The notes under the pieces were generated by a model, which saw only the letters and a program-made list of their open reading frames with translations, was not told where the DNA came from and did no database searches. A program made the translations under genes and the position numbers. DNA of 64,000 bases from Rhynchobatus australiae. Lineage: Eukaryota. The stretch lies in assembly GCA_034780895.1 (NCBI GenBank), contig JAUZTB010000064.1, forward strand, positions 115,224,538 through 115,288,537. Direction: 5' to 3'. Shown piece by piece: positions 50,282 to 63,222 of the stretch (positions are counted from its first letter, which is position 1; the number at the start of each line of letters is the position of its first letter).

Positions 50282-52959
50282 GAAATCCAACTGTAAGTGA
50301 CCAAAACTATCTTCACTTTGTACCTATACAACGTACATGGAAAATAAACAAGTTCACATTTACGTGGGCCACCTCTTACCTTCACAAGTTCGCATATTAC
50401 TAACTAATGTTCTTCCAGATTAGGACAACAACAGGGAAGACTTCGTACCTGCTCATGAGACTGTAGCAGAACCTGTTCCACATGCAAATGATTGACCAGC
50501 CTGACCAATGTCTGTTGCTCCTGAATGAAGATGCCCTTTGCGGTAATGGAAGGTGTGAGGGAGGCTTGAGCTTTAAATTGGGACATATCTGACTGCATTT
50601 CGTTAGTTCTACATGTGGGCAGAATAATTCCCCAAACTTATTCTGGGACTGAACAGTCTACCTTAGCTCAGGAGCTAATAATTGTTACATGCAGTATTGA
50701 TGAGTTGTCATAGTCCATATACAGTTGTTAAGGGAACTTTAATCCAAGGGGAAAGAGTATAGTATATTGTAATAAGGGGAGCTGGCAGGAGAAAAATGAA
50801 GATAGCTGTAACCAGATGAAAAACACATGTCTTTCTCTCTGTAGTTTTATAAGAAAGGCTATTACAATATGCATGATAGCAATTATAGTTCCAATAGTTT
50901 CAGTTATCTAGTCACGATGTTCAAGCCACTTATACCCACCAAAAGATGAAATGCTAATGCCAAGAAATTCTGTTGCTTAGTTCTGTTTTACTTTTNNNNN
51001 NNNNNNNNNNNNNNNNNNNNNNNNNNNNNNNNNNNNNNNNNNNNNNNNNNNNNNNNNNNNNNNNNNNNNNNNNNNNNNNNNNNNNNNNNNNNNNNNNNNN
51101 NNNNNNNNNNNNNNNNNNNNNNNNNNNNNNNNNNNNNNNNNNNNNNNNNNNNNNNNNNNNNNNNNNNNNNNNNNNNNNNNNNNNNNNNGACCTGCAAAAG
51201 CTGAAGTCCTTGGCACAAACCTCCACCACAATCCCCGTGATCCCCAGTCCACCCAGCACGTAAGTGCACTCCCACCTCACACAGACCTCACACTCCTCTC
51301 ACTTTGGTTACTGCTCCCAACTGTGCAGTGACCCATTCGCACCACAGCCCCAGGATGTCCATGCTGGTGTCTGTGCATGATCTCTCACTCTGGCTACAGC
51401 GAGTCCAAGCTGATCTCGCTCCATGGTCGTGCCACCCCTCCCACGACATGCTGACCTTCCTGATTCTGACATCCCCACCCCCACAAAGGTCTAGAATCCT
51501 CCTCCTTACAACATAAGTGATGGACCATCCCTCTCACTCTCGCTTACCATCACAAGGCACGAGGAGACTGGTGGAGTGCTGCCATTGCTGTTAAGTCCAA
51601 GTTTCTGAGCCTAGCTTCTGAAATGGTGCAATGTGCAATGCCCAGTCCTTGATGTGGTGGGACAATAATATTATTGCCCTCCAGGTTAATAATGTTCCAG
51701 AGTACCCTTTAGCTCAAGGTATAGGTCTGTTTCTTCATCATTCATTTGGTGTTCTCAGCATTATGTTTACAAAAGAGGAAGTGGTGGTAATTATCCCTAA
51801 GATACAATCTGACTGGCGACAATTCATGACAAAGAATTCTTTATTCTATTGTCTGTATTACCCTTCTCTATTTTTGCACTTATTTGTTCTCTGACGTTGT
51901 TATTACTTATGCAATGTCATATAGAAAAAAATGATTTTTAGGGGGAAAATAGATTAATGGTTATGGGAGAAAGGAATGGACATGTGTGTGAGTAGAGTAA
52001 GACCAATTAGTGTGGGAAAAAGCTGGTGCGGGGTGTTTATACCTGGTCTGGTTTTGTGCGAGAACATCAATGTGCTCGACAGCACTGGCTGTCCCCATGT
52101 CCACAGTTTTTGCCCACAGTTCACCCCCATCCCCCAACTCCCACACTTAGCCGGTCCAGATGTGGGAAGTCCTACCTCAGGGTATCTCTGCCTCCAAAGT
52201 CCAGCAATGTGGTCTCAGAAGTGATAGGCTCTCAAACAGTGCAGCGCATAGACTGCCCTCCCCCCACCAACAATCCTGACGAACTTTGACTGTGGGTAAA
52301 ATTAAGAGCTGGGTCTTTGCTGCTGTAAAAGTTTCAGCTGATTTTATTTGTTGATCATCATCTCTGAGGAAGAACTAATTTTGAAAATCAGTAAAATAAA
52401 ACTAATTAAAAGTATCTACACACATAAATAATTAAAATATTAAAGCAAAATAATTTGGAAGTGTACACCATCCCTTCTGTCTGACACACCTCTGACTGAT
52501 GATCCCCTTTGAAGTCAACAGGGCCTTGGAACCAGCCCACGTCTGAACTTAAGCAGGATCTGAGTGGCAGTTTTCCTGTGCAGTGCTGGAGCATCACAGC
52601 AAGACTGGGCTCCCAGCAAGATTTGCTTCTTTGTTTTTGCTTCCTTTTGCTTCTACCATTTACTCCTGTCTAAACTTTTGAGACACTTCAGTTTCAATAG
52701 CTGAACATCAGCAGTTCCAACTAAAGCCATCAACAAAAGCCAGCACAGTCAAGCCCATCATGATTCCATTAACCTTGTCTTCAACTGTCACACCAGCATG
52801 TGACAGCAAAGTATGGTGCAGATGATTGTTCAAGTCAACTGATGTGGCCCTCACCAGTTTTTGCCACGTTTGTTTTAAGAAGCAAGGGAACCTTGTACTT
52901 GCATGACCCCTTTAACAAACTCAAGAAACACCCAAGGAATTCTATGAAATAGCCACTAA

Positions 52960-53293
52960 AGGAGATGTGGATCCCAATATGTGCAGAATAATCTTCCACA
53001 AACAGCAATGATAGAATATATTTCAGTAATATTGTTTGATAAATGTTGGCCAGTACCCTGGGAGAATTCTCTTCTCCTCTCTGAGAAATACCATGGAAGC
53101 TTTTAACCATCATTTAAGAGGGAAGACAATTTAAGATCTGTGTGAAAACAAAACCCCCAACTTGCAGCCCTGCCTCAGTGCTGAATTAAAGCATCAGCCT
53201 AAATTATATGTTCCGATCTCCAGGGTAGGACCATGAACCTGTGACCTCTTGACTCAAAGGCAAGAGTGTTACCACTAAGCCAAAGCAGACACC
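52960..53293 (-). mobile_element. Deu-SINE (SacSINE1-like), near full length
   Basis: gataaatgttggccagtaccctgggagaattc..cagcctaaattatatg..gactcaaaggcaagagtgttaccactaagcc. Confidence 0.75.
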
Positions 53294-54309
53294 TTCATTA
53301 TATTTCAAGATTATATTTACGCCACTATGTGCAAACATGCTCATTCACTCTTTAGTCTTAGGTGCAATAAAAAGTGTAAAAATTATTTATGTACAAGTTT
53401 TCGTAGTCACCTCAGGCAGATTGTCGTTAACTGGAACACGTTAAAATAACCAGACCCAAGCAGCTGTTGAGGTTTCTGTGTTCCTATTGTTCTGTGTCAG
53501 AATGTGTATAAAGTTATACAATCTCTCTACAGCACCTAAAGAATAGCATAGAACCAAAGTGCAATCTTTTGATGTGGTCCCTATAATTCATTATAATTTG
53601 TTTCAGCTAGTGCCTAGTCTGCCAAACTGCTGGAACTGGGACAACTCTCCAGTCTTAACAAGCAGTTCATTGTTCTCCATGTTGAAATCAAGAAGGTCTT
53701 GCTGCTTTCTTTTGTTTTTAAAACTGTTAAAACAACAAACAATTTTTGATTAGTCAAGTGTCAGTAGCCTTAGTATTTAGAGTGAAAAGTCACAGATGAA
53801 AACTGGTGAAAAATTGACTGAGGTTGTCAGTTCAATGGACAGACACAGGGAAGATTCAATGCAGCAAGGCCTTGAGTTTGTTCCAAAATGGCTCGGCATG
53901 GCTCTGCTCAATTCTGATTGATACACTGGAGGTGTTAGGACAGGTTTTAGGCAACTGCCTCACTTTGACTGATTGCCATTACATTAAGAAAGTACTGTAG
54001 AGTTAAAAACATCCATTCTCTTGCGTTGCAGATATCCTATGTATAGAAGGTCCTCATCATTCATCACTGCAGTCCATCCATAACTGGGAGAAAGTAAATA
54101 ACATTTCAAAACTGAAAGATATTTAAGGTAATATTTCTAAAGGTACAGAGCAGGATATAGGGGAAGAAAACCACACTCTCATGCACACCACTGTAAGAAA
54201 AGAAAAAAACTATAAAATTCTTGCAAGGAAAACAAGAGATTGTTAATTAATAACACATCAGATATAGGTCAATAGGAGGAATGATCAATGAAATTAAAGA
54301 ATTACCACT

Positions 54310-55200
54310 AAAAGCAAATAGTGCTGGAAATATTCAGCAAGTCAGGCAGCATCTATGGAAAAATAACTGAAGCTAACACCACAGGTCAAAGACTGGTCAG
54401 AACTGTGTAGGTGAGAAATCAAGTTACTTATAAGTTGTGGAAAGGATGATGGGAGAGGGAGGGCTGGATAGGACAAAGAGAATATCTATGATGAGGTGAG
54501 ACTAAGGTTTCTCAGGCAATTCCAAAGTTTAAGAAGCTGTCCAGCTAATCAATAAATGAGGGCCGTTACAGAGGGAGAAAAAACAAAGGATATGTTAAAG
54601 TTGTGAAATACAGATCAGAGCTATTGTCGAAGCTGAAATCTAAAGGAGAAGGCTGGAAATGCCCAACACATGAGGCAGTAGCTGTGGACAGAAAAAAAAT
54701 GTCTGAGTTACTTTTAAAGTTAGATAACCTTATGGCAGTTCTGTTAGAAACAGTAAAAACAAGTTATCTAGAGTTGCTGAACTTATTATTGAGTCTGGAA
54801 GGCTGCAAAATTGGTCTTTCAGCTTATATTGGGCTTTATCGAGGCAGAGCAGGAGGCCACATACAAATAGGCCAGAGTGGATGGGATAGAGAATTAAACC
54901 TCTCTGCAATTTAAAATGATCTTGGCTTCTCACATTCTCAGTTCTGATTAAGGGTCTTCAACCTGAAANNNNNNNNNNNNNNNNNNNNNNNNNNNNNNNN
55001 NNNNNNNNNNNNNNNNNNNNNNNNNNNNNNNNNNNNNNNNNNNNNNNNNNNNNNNNNNNNNNNNNNNNGATCTGGGCTTCTCACATTCTCAGTTCTGATT
55101 AAGGGTCTTCAACCTGAAACATTAACACTGCTTCTCTTTCCACAGATGCAGAGATTTCAGCACTTTCTGCTCTTATTTTAGATTCCCAGCATTGCCAGTT
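54310..55200. mobile_element. Penelope-like element: tandem termini, ORF end (-) and an inverted terminus (+)
   Basis: Minus termini ~54310-54405 and ~54630-54745; ORF C-terminus 54760-54910; plus terminus 54935-55200 with cagttCTGATTAagggtcttcaacctGAAAcatt. Confidence 0.8.
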
Positions 55201-55359
55201 TGTGATTGACTACTAATGTTCACACAGAACATATTTATAGTTATGCCATTGGGAAGGAAAGTTAATGGAAATAGAAACATGAAATTATTCCAAAGCAGAA
55301 TAGAATCCTTTAGCCCAGGGATCAGAGCAAAAAATCATTTGACTGAAATGTGAAACAGG

Positions 55360-55745
55360 TTGGGATTCCATTCATTAGAGTTTAAAATAATGAGAGGTGA
55401 TCTTATTGAAACATAAAAGAATTCAGGGAACTAAACAGGGTAAATGTTGAGAGATGTTTCTTCTCATGGGAGAGTCCAGAACCAGAGGGCATGACCTCAG
55501 AATGGGAGATGCATACTTAATACTGAGAAGAGGAAATTTTCATTGAAAAGAGTTGGAACTCCTTGCCATTGGAGAGCTGAAGGTGCAGAGTCCTTGGGTG
55601 TATTTAAGGCAGAGATAGTTTTGTCATTAATGAGAGAATCCAGGGTTATGGTAAAAGGGAAGAAAAATAGTCTTTAGGGATGTCATATCAGTTATGATCT
55701 TATGGAGCAGTCTCCAGGGGCTGAAGCCCATTTTCATTTCCTGTT
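55360..55745 (+). mobile_element. CR1-like LINE 3' end
   Basis: MRGDLIET..ESRTRGH; atttaaggcagagatag. Confidence 0.85.
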
Positions 55746-55748
55746 ACT

Positions 55749-56594
55749 CGGAGGAGATAGAGAGCTTAGTGACGTGGTGTCATGACAACAACCTTTCCCT
55801 CAGTGTCAGCAAAACAAAAGAGTTGGTCATTGATTTCAGGAAAGGGGGCGGTGCACGTGTGCCTGTCTACATCAGTGGTGCTGAGGTTGAGAGGGTTGAG
55901 AGCATCATGTTTCGAGGAGTGAACATCACCAATAATCTGTCCTGGTCCAACCACGCAGATGCCATGACCAAGAAAGCTCACCAGTGCCTCTACTTCCTCA
56001 GGAGGCTAAAGAAATTAGGCATATCCCCTTTGACACTCACCAACTTTTATCGATGCACCATAGAAAGCATCCTGTCTGGATGTATCATGGTTTGGTATGG
56101 CAACTGCTGTGCCCGGGACTGCAAGAAACTGTTGCAGACTGCAAGAAAGAAGTTGTGGACACAGCCCAGCACTTCATAGAAACCAGCCTCCACTCCATGG
56201 GCTCTCTCCATATCTCTCCCTGCCTTGGTGAAGCAGCCAGCATAATCAAAGACCCCAGCCACCCAGGACATTCTATCTTCTCCCATCAGGCAGAAGATAC
56301 AGGATCCTGAGGGCACATACAACCAGGCTTATGGAAAGCTTCTATCCCACTGTTATAAGACTATTGAATGGTTCCTTATAGATGAGATAGACTCTTGACC
56401 TGAGAATCTATCTTGTTGTGACCTTGCACCTTATTGTGTACCTGCATTGCATTTCCTTTGTAGCTGTGACACTTTACTCTGTTATTACCCTGTACCACCT
56501 CAATGCACTGTGTGATGAATTGATCTGTATGAATGGTATGCAAGGCACGTTTTTCACTATACCTCGGTACAAGTAACAATACCAATACCAATAC
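55749..56594 (+). mobile_element. Rex1/Babar LINE 3' ~0.85 kb
   Basis: ORF 55694: WCHDNNLSLSVSKTKELVIDFRK..YFLRRLKK..FYRCTIESILSGCI; tail (ccaata)n. Confidence 0.93.
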
Positions 56595-57844
56595 TGATGG
56601 TATTGAGTTACAACAGCGAAGTGTAAGCAGAAAAGCATCTAATAGTGCATACTGAAAAATAAGCACCTTCACCAAGATTCAGGCCAACAATACAGCAAAA
56701 TCAAACGCCCGGATTTTAATTTAGAAGGGTGTGTGGATTTGGATGCTGATTAAAACTAGGAAAGACGTCAGCACATCAGGAAGCCAGCTTCAATTCCCAG
56801 CATCTGCATTTAAATTGACCACATTAAGCTGCATGCACGCAACCTTGTCTGGAGAGGTGGGTTGCCAATATCAACAAGTTAATCCCCAGTGATTGCGAGG
56901 TGAGGGTGTGATGATCCATCAATCATTGAGAAATCCTACAGGTACTCAGGTCTATAATTTCAGATGTGTGGTGCCATTTTATAAGAAACCAGGTGTTATT
57001 AGAGTGGAGGGTGAATAGTACCATTACCTGGTTAAATTGCACTAATTTGGAAATTCTACTGGATACTTCTGAATCCTGCATGTGTTGTTTGCAAGATTTC
57101 CACAATCAAGCAGGCACAGAATGATCTCATCTCCGGGGCAAGGCTGCCTGAGCCATATCATGAATTAATGGCAATGGCTCTGAGCAGTTCCTAACCTGGC
57201 TTTGGGAACTGACACAGGTGGGTCCCCATGAATTTACTCACACCCTGATTCTCCTATGGCTCCCTACCATGTAGGAACCCCTCAAGGTGAAGACCCAAAT
57301 CTAACCACCTAACTGTCATGGTTCTGAGTTTTGGCCCTCAATTTGGCTCCATTAATGCCTTGTTGTCCAGCACATGGATTCCATGCTNNNNNNNNNNNNN
57401 NNNNNNNNNNNNNNNNNNNNNNNNNNNNNNNNNNNNNNNNNNNNNNNNNNNNNNNNNNNNNNNNNNNNNNNNNNNNNNNNNNNNNNNNNNNNNNNNNNNN
57501 NNNNNNNNNNNNNNNNNNNNNNNNNNNNNNNNNNNNNNNNNNNNNNNNNNNNNNNNNNNNNNNNNNNNNNNNNNNNNNNNNNNNNNNNNNNNNNNNNNNN
57601 NNNNNNNNNNNNNNNNNNNNNNNNNNNNNNNNNNNNNNNNNNNNNNNNNNNNNNNNNNNNNNNNNNNNNNNNNNNNNNNNNNNNNNNNNNNNNNNNNNNN
57701 NNNNNNNNNNNNNNNNNNNNNNNNNNNNNNTTTAATGCTTTTAATGAATTATACTTCTAATTTTTTTACAATAAATTTATTTTTTTCATGGTACATTAAG
57801 CTCAATACAAATTTTAACTATCCCCATAAATGTTGATATATTTT

Positions 57845-58136
57845 AAATATCAGAATATAAGATATCTTTATTAATCACATGTACATTGAAACACACAGTG
57901 AAATGCACCTTTTGCAGACAGTGGTCTGGGGGCAGCCCGCAAGTGTTGTCACACTTCCAGCACCAACGTCGCATGCCCAAAAAATTCCTAACCCATACAT
58001 CTTTTGGAATGTGGGAGGAAACCCATGCAGACATGGGGAGAACATACAAACTCCTTAAAGACAACGGTGGGAATTGAACCCAGGTCACTGGCACTGTAAA
58101 GCATTACGCTAACCGCTACACTATCATGCCTGCCCT
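57845..58136 (-). mobile_element. V-SINE with Rex1-like tail
   Basis: Second copy of 24890-25189. Confidence 0.9.
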
Positions 58137-58449
58137 TGGAGGGATGTAGAAGCAACCAAAACAGCTCTAATTTTTACAGCAGGCAAAGGCTAACTCCCAG
58201 CTTCAGAGGCAGGGTCTCCTCACTGCATTTGATGTCTTTGGACAGCAACGTGTGAAGAAGCATGGAGATCAGGCCTCTGCACTTAGCCCATCAACATAAT
58301 CTTGCCCACTGTGCCAACAGGGATCTGAAGGAGTGTGGTTGGAAATTATTCTTGGGCAGTTGAAGAAAACAATCCCAGTGCTGAGCAGAAAGGAAACTAT
58401 GTATGCAAATTTTGCAAGAGCTATCGGAGCAGCCGCCATTCCCTGGCTT

Positions 58450-58725
58450 GATTCTCTCAGCAATTCCATGGAGTCAGTGATGGTGAAGGGATGCGCTCCA
58501 AGGAGTCCTTTTGAAATGCTGGAAGAGGAGGAGGTTGAGACACGTCTGGTGGTGGCATCATATTGCTGGTGGCAAAAATTATTGGAGCTTGCACTGTTGT
58601 AAGTGGAGCATTGTGGGTGGAAGATGAGACCAAGAGGAGCTTTGTCCTTGTTCTGACTGGGGGAAAATGGGTGATGGCAGAAGTGTGGGAAACACAAGTC
58701 TGAAAGCAACCCCTAGTGATCACTA
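58450..58725 (-). mobile_element. Penelope-like internal fragment
   Basis: QNKDKAPLGLIFHP..NFCHQQYDATT..PPLPAFQKD (PLE RT-EN linker). Confidence 0.78.
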
Positions 58726-59004
58726 GAAATGTATCCACACTGGGAAAACTGAGGGAGGTGTTCAATATTTGTTGAGCCAGTGACTCTTTGGTTTGATGGA
58801 CAACTGCAAAAAAGTTCAGCAGCCCAAGACTATGGTCACAGCATTCAGCCTGATCATGTCACAAGAACAATATTCCAGAATTAAAACCATTCATTTCCAT
58901 GGTGCCTGTGGTGATACATGGGGATTATTTCATGATACATTAAACTCAATACAAATTGGTTATATCCCTCAGGCTTTAGCAAAAGAAACATTTCCTGGTA
59001 TCTT

Positions 59005-59342
59005 ATCTCTTGAGACAAGAAAGATGAGAGATGGTCTAAGAAAGGTCCTTAAAATTATTAAAGGTTTCGATGGATTCAAGGGAATGTTTCTACTTGTGGG
59101 AGGAACACAACTGCTGCCATCAACATAAGTCAGTCACAGCAAAATCCACGGGGAGTGGTAGAAGTAAGTAGTGCAGATACATTGAAGAGGAGGCCTGCCA
59201 AGTATATAAGGGAACAGAGGGTTATATTGATGAACCTAGATGAGGAAACAAGAGAGGAGATTGAATGAAGCATAAATGCCGACGTGGACTGGTTAGCCTG
59301 ACTGAACCATTTCTGTGCTATTTGTTCTTTGAAATTCTATGT
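59005..59342 (+). mobile_element. Degenerate CR1-like 3' end
   Basis: SLETRKMRDGLRKVLKIIKGFD; tail ttctgtgct..attctatgta. Confidence 0.7.
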
Positions 59343-60663
59343 ACTGAGATGGGTGAATCTAAGAAGAAGTTCTTTTAATTTGGACACTGTTGCTTTTGGC
59401 ACTTGGTCATTGTTTTCATGATTTGATTCTGTAAAGAATGATTAGTGTTTTAATAGTGGATTGGCGGAGATAACTGATTTCAGGAAATAATTTAAACTAA
59501 TTGCTTGATAACATTTATCATAGTATTACCCATGGAAGAATATGAAGAACTAGATGTTCTGTGTACTGCTTTTTCTTGCAAATACAAAAAAGTCCAGATA
59601 CAAAGCTTTCTTTTTATTAATTTTCAGACACTGTTTACATCCAATAATCAAGTTTTTAATCTGACGTATTTTACTTCAGTTATTTAACTGAAGGCAACAT
59701 TTATGAACTTGTCTTCAGTTTGAAATGGAATGAATTGAAGTATCATGGGAAGGTTACAAAGTTGCACTTTACTTTGGCTGCAGACTTAGTGCTGGTCTAC
59801 CAGACTGAACATTATACACACACTACTTCAATTCTATGCTTATATGTAGGATATATGACAACAGATGCATTAACTTTGTTTGCTGTTCAGCAGTGGTCTC
59901 GTTCATTTTTGGACTTGCACAGTAGCATCACATCCCATTCCATCTGGAGGAAATAACACCCTGGAGAAAAATTCAGTCCCATTTTCTAGTATGCCAACAG
60001 TTGGTGTCTTTTATGTTCCAAGTTGGCAGGAATCTTACCGTATCAGTGGTGGAAAGGATTTCAGATGAGAATCTCTTACAGGCATGCAATCTTACCCAAC
60101 AGATTTTCCTGTCTGCACTGTGCAGTCAATACGATGCAACTAGGCTCAGAAATAGGAATATTGGTGTCTATATGCACATGGGAGAGAGAAGGAACAACAG
60201 CCAAGACATTGTAATGTGGCATTGATATATTTTTTGATCTAACTTCATGTATTTAAATTTGTGACAGGAAACCCAGCAGGCAAAACCTCTTGCTGGAAGA
60301 TGAAAGCCAGAAATTACCCCTCATGCGTGACTGAGTGGCAATCTCTATTATTCCAATATGAGTCCGGTGCGCTTGCTCTCTTTATCCATCATTCTTATCA
60401 GTGCAAGACTGAATANNNNNNNNNNNNNNNNNNNNNNNNNNNNNNNNNNNNNNNNNNNNNNNNNNNNNNNNNAAAATGCTGGAAATCTTTGGCAGGTTCA
60501 GCGACATCTGTGGAGAGAGAAACAAAGTTAATGTTTCAGGTTGATGACCTTTCATCACAACTGGGATCAGTTAGGAAACAATCACGTTTTAATATGCAGT
60601 GAAGGGGCAGAGGTAACGAGAAGAAAGGGAATGTCTCTGATAGTGTGGAAACCAAGACAGACT

Positions 60664-60908
60664 GGTATTAGTATTGGAATTGGTTTATTATTGTCACTTG
60701 TACTGAGGTACAGTGAAAAGCTTGTCTTACATACTGATTGTATTGGTCAATTCATTACACACTGCAGTTACATTGAGTTAGGACAGAGTGCACTGATGTT
60801 TGACATAGAGTTTAAATTTAAAAGTGTAGAACGATTATAGTAAAGGTAACGAGTAGATCTGTAGAGAGCAGTTTGCAACGTGTCGCCAAGCTCTGGCACC
60901 ATGTTGCT
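60664..60908 (-). mobile_element. Rex1-type 3' tail inserted in the Penelope element
   Basis: ggaattggtttattattgtcacttgtactgaggtacagtgaaaa. Confidence 0.82.
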
Positions 60909-61922
60909 GATGGCAGTCTCTGGTTAGAAGGGGTGGTGAGGGCCTGTTAATGAGAGCTGATCAGTTTAGAGGAGACATAAAAAGAGCAAGGAAGGGGATG
61001 AAAAAAATCAATGCTACAACTATGAGATAATAAACACAACAATTACTTGAAATCTGGAATAAACGTAATATCATAAATACCAAGGAAGACATCCAGCATC
61101 TGTGGAGGGAGTAAAACTGAGTTAATGTTTCAGGTGAATGACCTTTTATCTGAACTAGTCCATTCTGATACATACTGAAAGGTTGGTTATCTGAAATTAT
61201 TGAATTCAATGATGAATTCTAAGGGTTGTAATGTGCTTATCCAGGAGGTGAGATGCTATTTCTTGAGCTTACATTAGACTTTATTAGAAAAGTACAAAGG
61301 GTCAAATACAGAGAGATTGGAGTGGGATACAAAGTTACAGGCTACTGAATTAAAGTTACAGGCTACTGGAAGCTCAGGGTCACCCATGTGACTGAATGGA
61401 TCTGTTCTACACAGTGGTCACCAACCTATGTTTGATTTCTACAGTGTAGAGGAGACCAGATTGTGAGCACCAAATGCAATGCACTAAACTAGCAGAAGTG
61501 CATATAAATCATTATTCTCCTAGAAGAAGTATTTGAGTCCCTGAATGATGAGTAGGAGCAAGGTGCAAGGGCAGATGTTGTACCACCCGTGGCTGCATGG
61601 GAAGGTGCTGTGAGAAGGGAGGTCAGTGGTACATGTTGCTGGAAGAGTGAACCAGGGAGACATGGAGAGACTGGTCTATTCAGGATGCCAAAAGGAGAGG
61701 GAAGGGGGAGATGTATCTGTCAGTGGCATCACACCAAAAGTGGCAGAAATTACAGAGGATGATCATTTAACTGTAAAGGCTTGTGGGGTAGGAGGTGAGG
61801 GCAAGTAAAAACATATCCTTGCTCTGGGTGAAAGGCAATGAAATGAGATTAGAAGTGATGCAAATGAAACAGATGCAATGGGGATCCCTGTCAATTATGG
61901 TGGAGGGAAAGCCCTGGTTAAA

Positions 61923-62160
61923 GAATTGGAATTGGTTTATTATTGTCACATGTACCGACGTACAGTGAAAAACATGTTTTGCACACCACTCATACAGATC
62001 AATTCATTACACAGTGCATTGAGGTAGTACAAGGCAAAACAATACAGAATGCAGAAAAAAATGTGTAACAGCTACAGAGAAAATGCTGTGCAGATAGACA
62101 ATAAGTTGCAAGGTCATATTGAGCTAGATTGTGAGGTCAAGCGTCCACCTTATCGTACTT
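61923..62160 (-). mobile_element. Rex1 3' UTR inserted in the Penelope element
   Basis: Same tail as 4521-4691; the host sequence resumes at aaggaagacatctcaga. Confidence 0.88.
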
Positions 62161-62884
62161 GGGAGAAAGGAAGACATCTCAGATGCATGGGTGTGGACTG
62201 TATTTTGTTGCCAGGAAATATTGTGTTGTGGGGAAGATTTTGTATTTATACAATATGTTGATCTGAAGTCCTTCCAACATCTAACCTGGCCTGATTACAT
62301 TCCATTCTAAAATACCCCTTAAACTCTATCCTTTGACCACTTTATCTACTTTCCTAATTAGATTATAAAGGAAAGAAGGTCACTGCCCGTCAACGTGTGT
62401 AAGATGGTTGGGTTGTTGGTGGGGAGTGCAAGAACCCACTGTTGGGGAATTCAGCTGTCAGTGAGAACTCAACAGGCCTTGTTCGAACAAAGGCAGTTTT
62501 GGAGAATGCACACAAAGTCAGGTAAGTCTGGGGCTGTAGTCAGGTCTGTGGATTCACTGAAGCAGCAGAGCCCAGGGGCTTGGGGATGGGAAGGGCTGCT
62601 GAAGCTGAGGGATAAGGATGATGGTTGGCTGCCAGGAATTGTGAGATTTGGTGGAGGGGTAGATTAGTAGTTGGCACAGGGAAATGGTTGGATGCCAAGT
62701 GTGATTGGCAGGAGGGAGGGATGTTTGATACTTGAAAGGATGTGATTAGTGATTGGGAAAGGGGTTTACTTNNNNNNNNNNNNNNNNNNNNNNNNNNNNN
62801 NNNNNNNNNNNNNNNNNNNNNNNNNNNNNNNNNNNNNNNNNNNNNNNNNNNNNNNNNNNNNNNNNNNNNNNTACTTATTACTTC

Positions 62885-63222
62885 ATTAAAGGAGGCCGTT
62901 GAGCTCATCAGGTCCACGCAAGCTCTTCGGGGAGCATCAGTCCTATTGACCCAATTCCCCCTCTCATTTCCCTGGAGCCCTGTGAGTATTTGCTCTCAAA
63001 TGTTCATCAACTCCCCTTTGATCTTTTACTATTTACCGATATTAAGGATAATTTACAGTGGCCAGTTAACCTACTAGCATATCCTTAGGGTTTGAAAGAA
63101 AACCAGAGTACCCAACAGAAACCCACATAACCATGAAGAGAATGTGCAAACTCCACATAGACAGGGTCAAGGTCTAGTCCAAGGAGCTGTGAGGCAGGAG
63201 CGCTAACTGCCATACCACTGTT
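62885..63222 (-). mobile_element. V-SINE (HE1-like), degenerate
   Basis: aaaccagagtaccc..acccacataaccatgaagagaatgtgcaaactccacatagac. Confidence 0.8.

Larger units (their letters stand above)
60473..62200 (-). mobile_element. Penelope-like element (GIY-YIG + two hammerhead-bearing termini), interrupted twice
   Basis: LVHCIWCSQSGLLYTVEIKHRL..DPELPVA (GIY-YIG); hammerhead-like cores at 60526-60563 and 61120-61156. Confidence 0.87.

Noticed and set aside
50400-50660. Possible further Gypsy pol remnant
   Set aside because: No convincing motif series by hand translation
51190-52300. C-rich segments, possibly Harbinger-derived (also 41890-42100, 56700-57390, 62400-62770)
   Set aside because: No paired TIRs or transposase motifs could be shown
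54918-55119. Apparent tandem hammerhead dimer across the gap
   Set aside because: More likely a 51-bp contig overlap, as at 38859-39060
61331-61368. 17-bp direct repeat aaagttacaggctactg
   Set aside because: Local slippage duplication inside a dead Penelope ORF; not CRISPR-like
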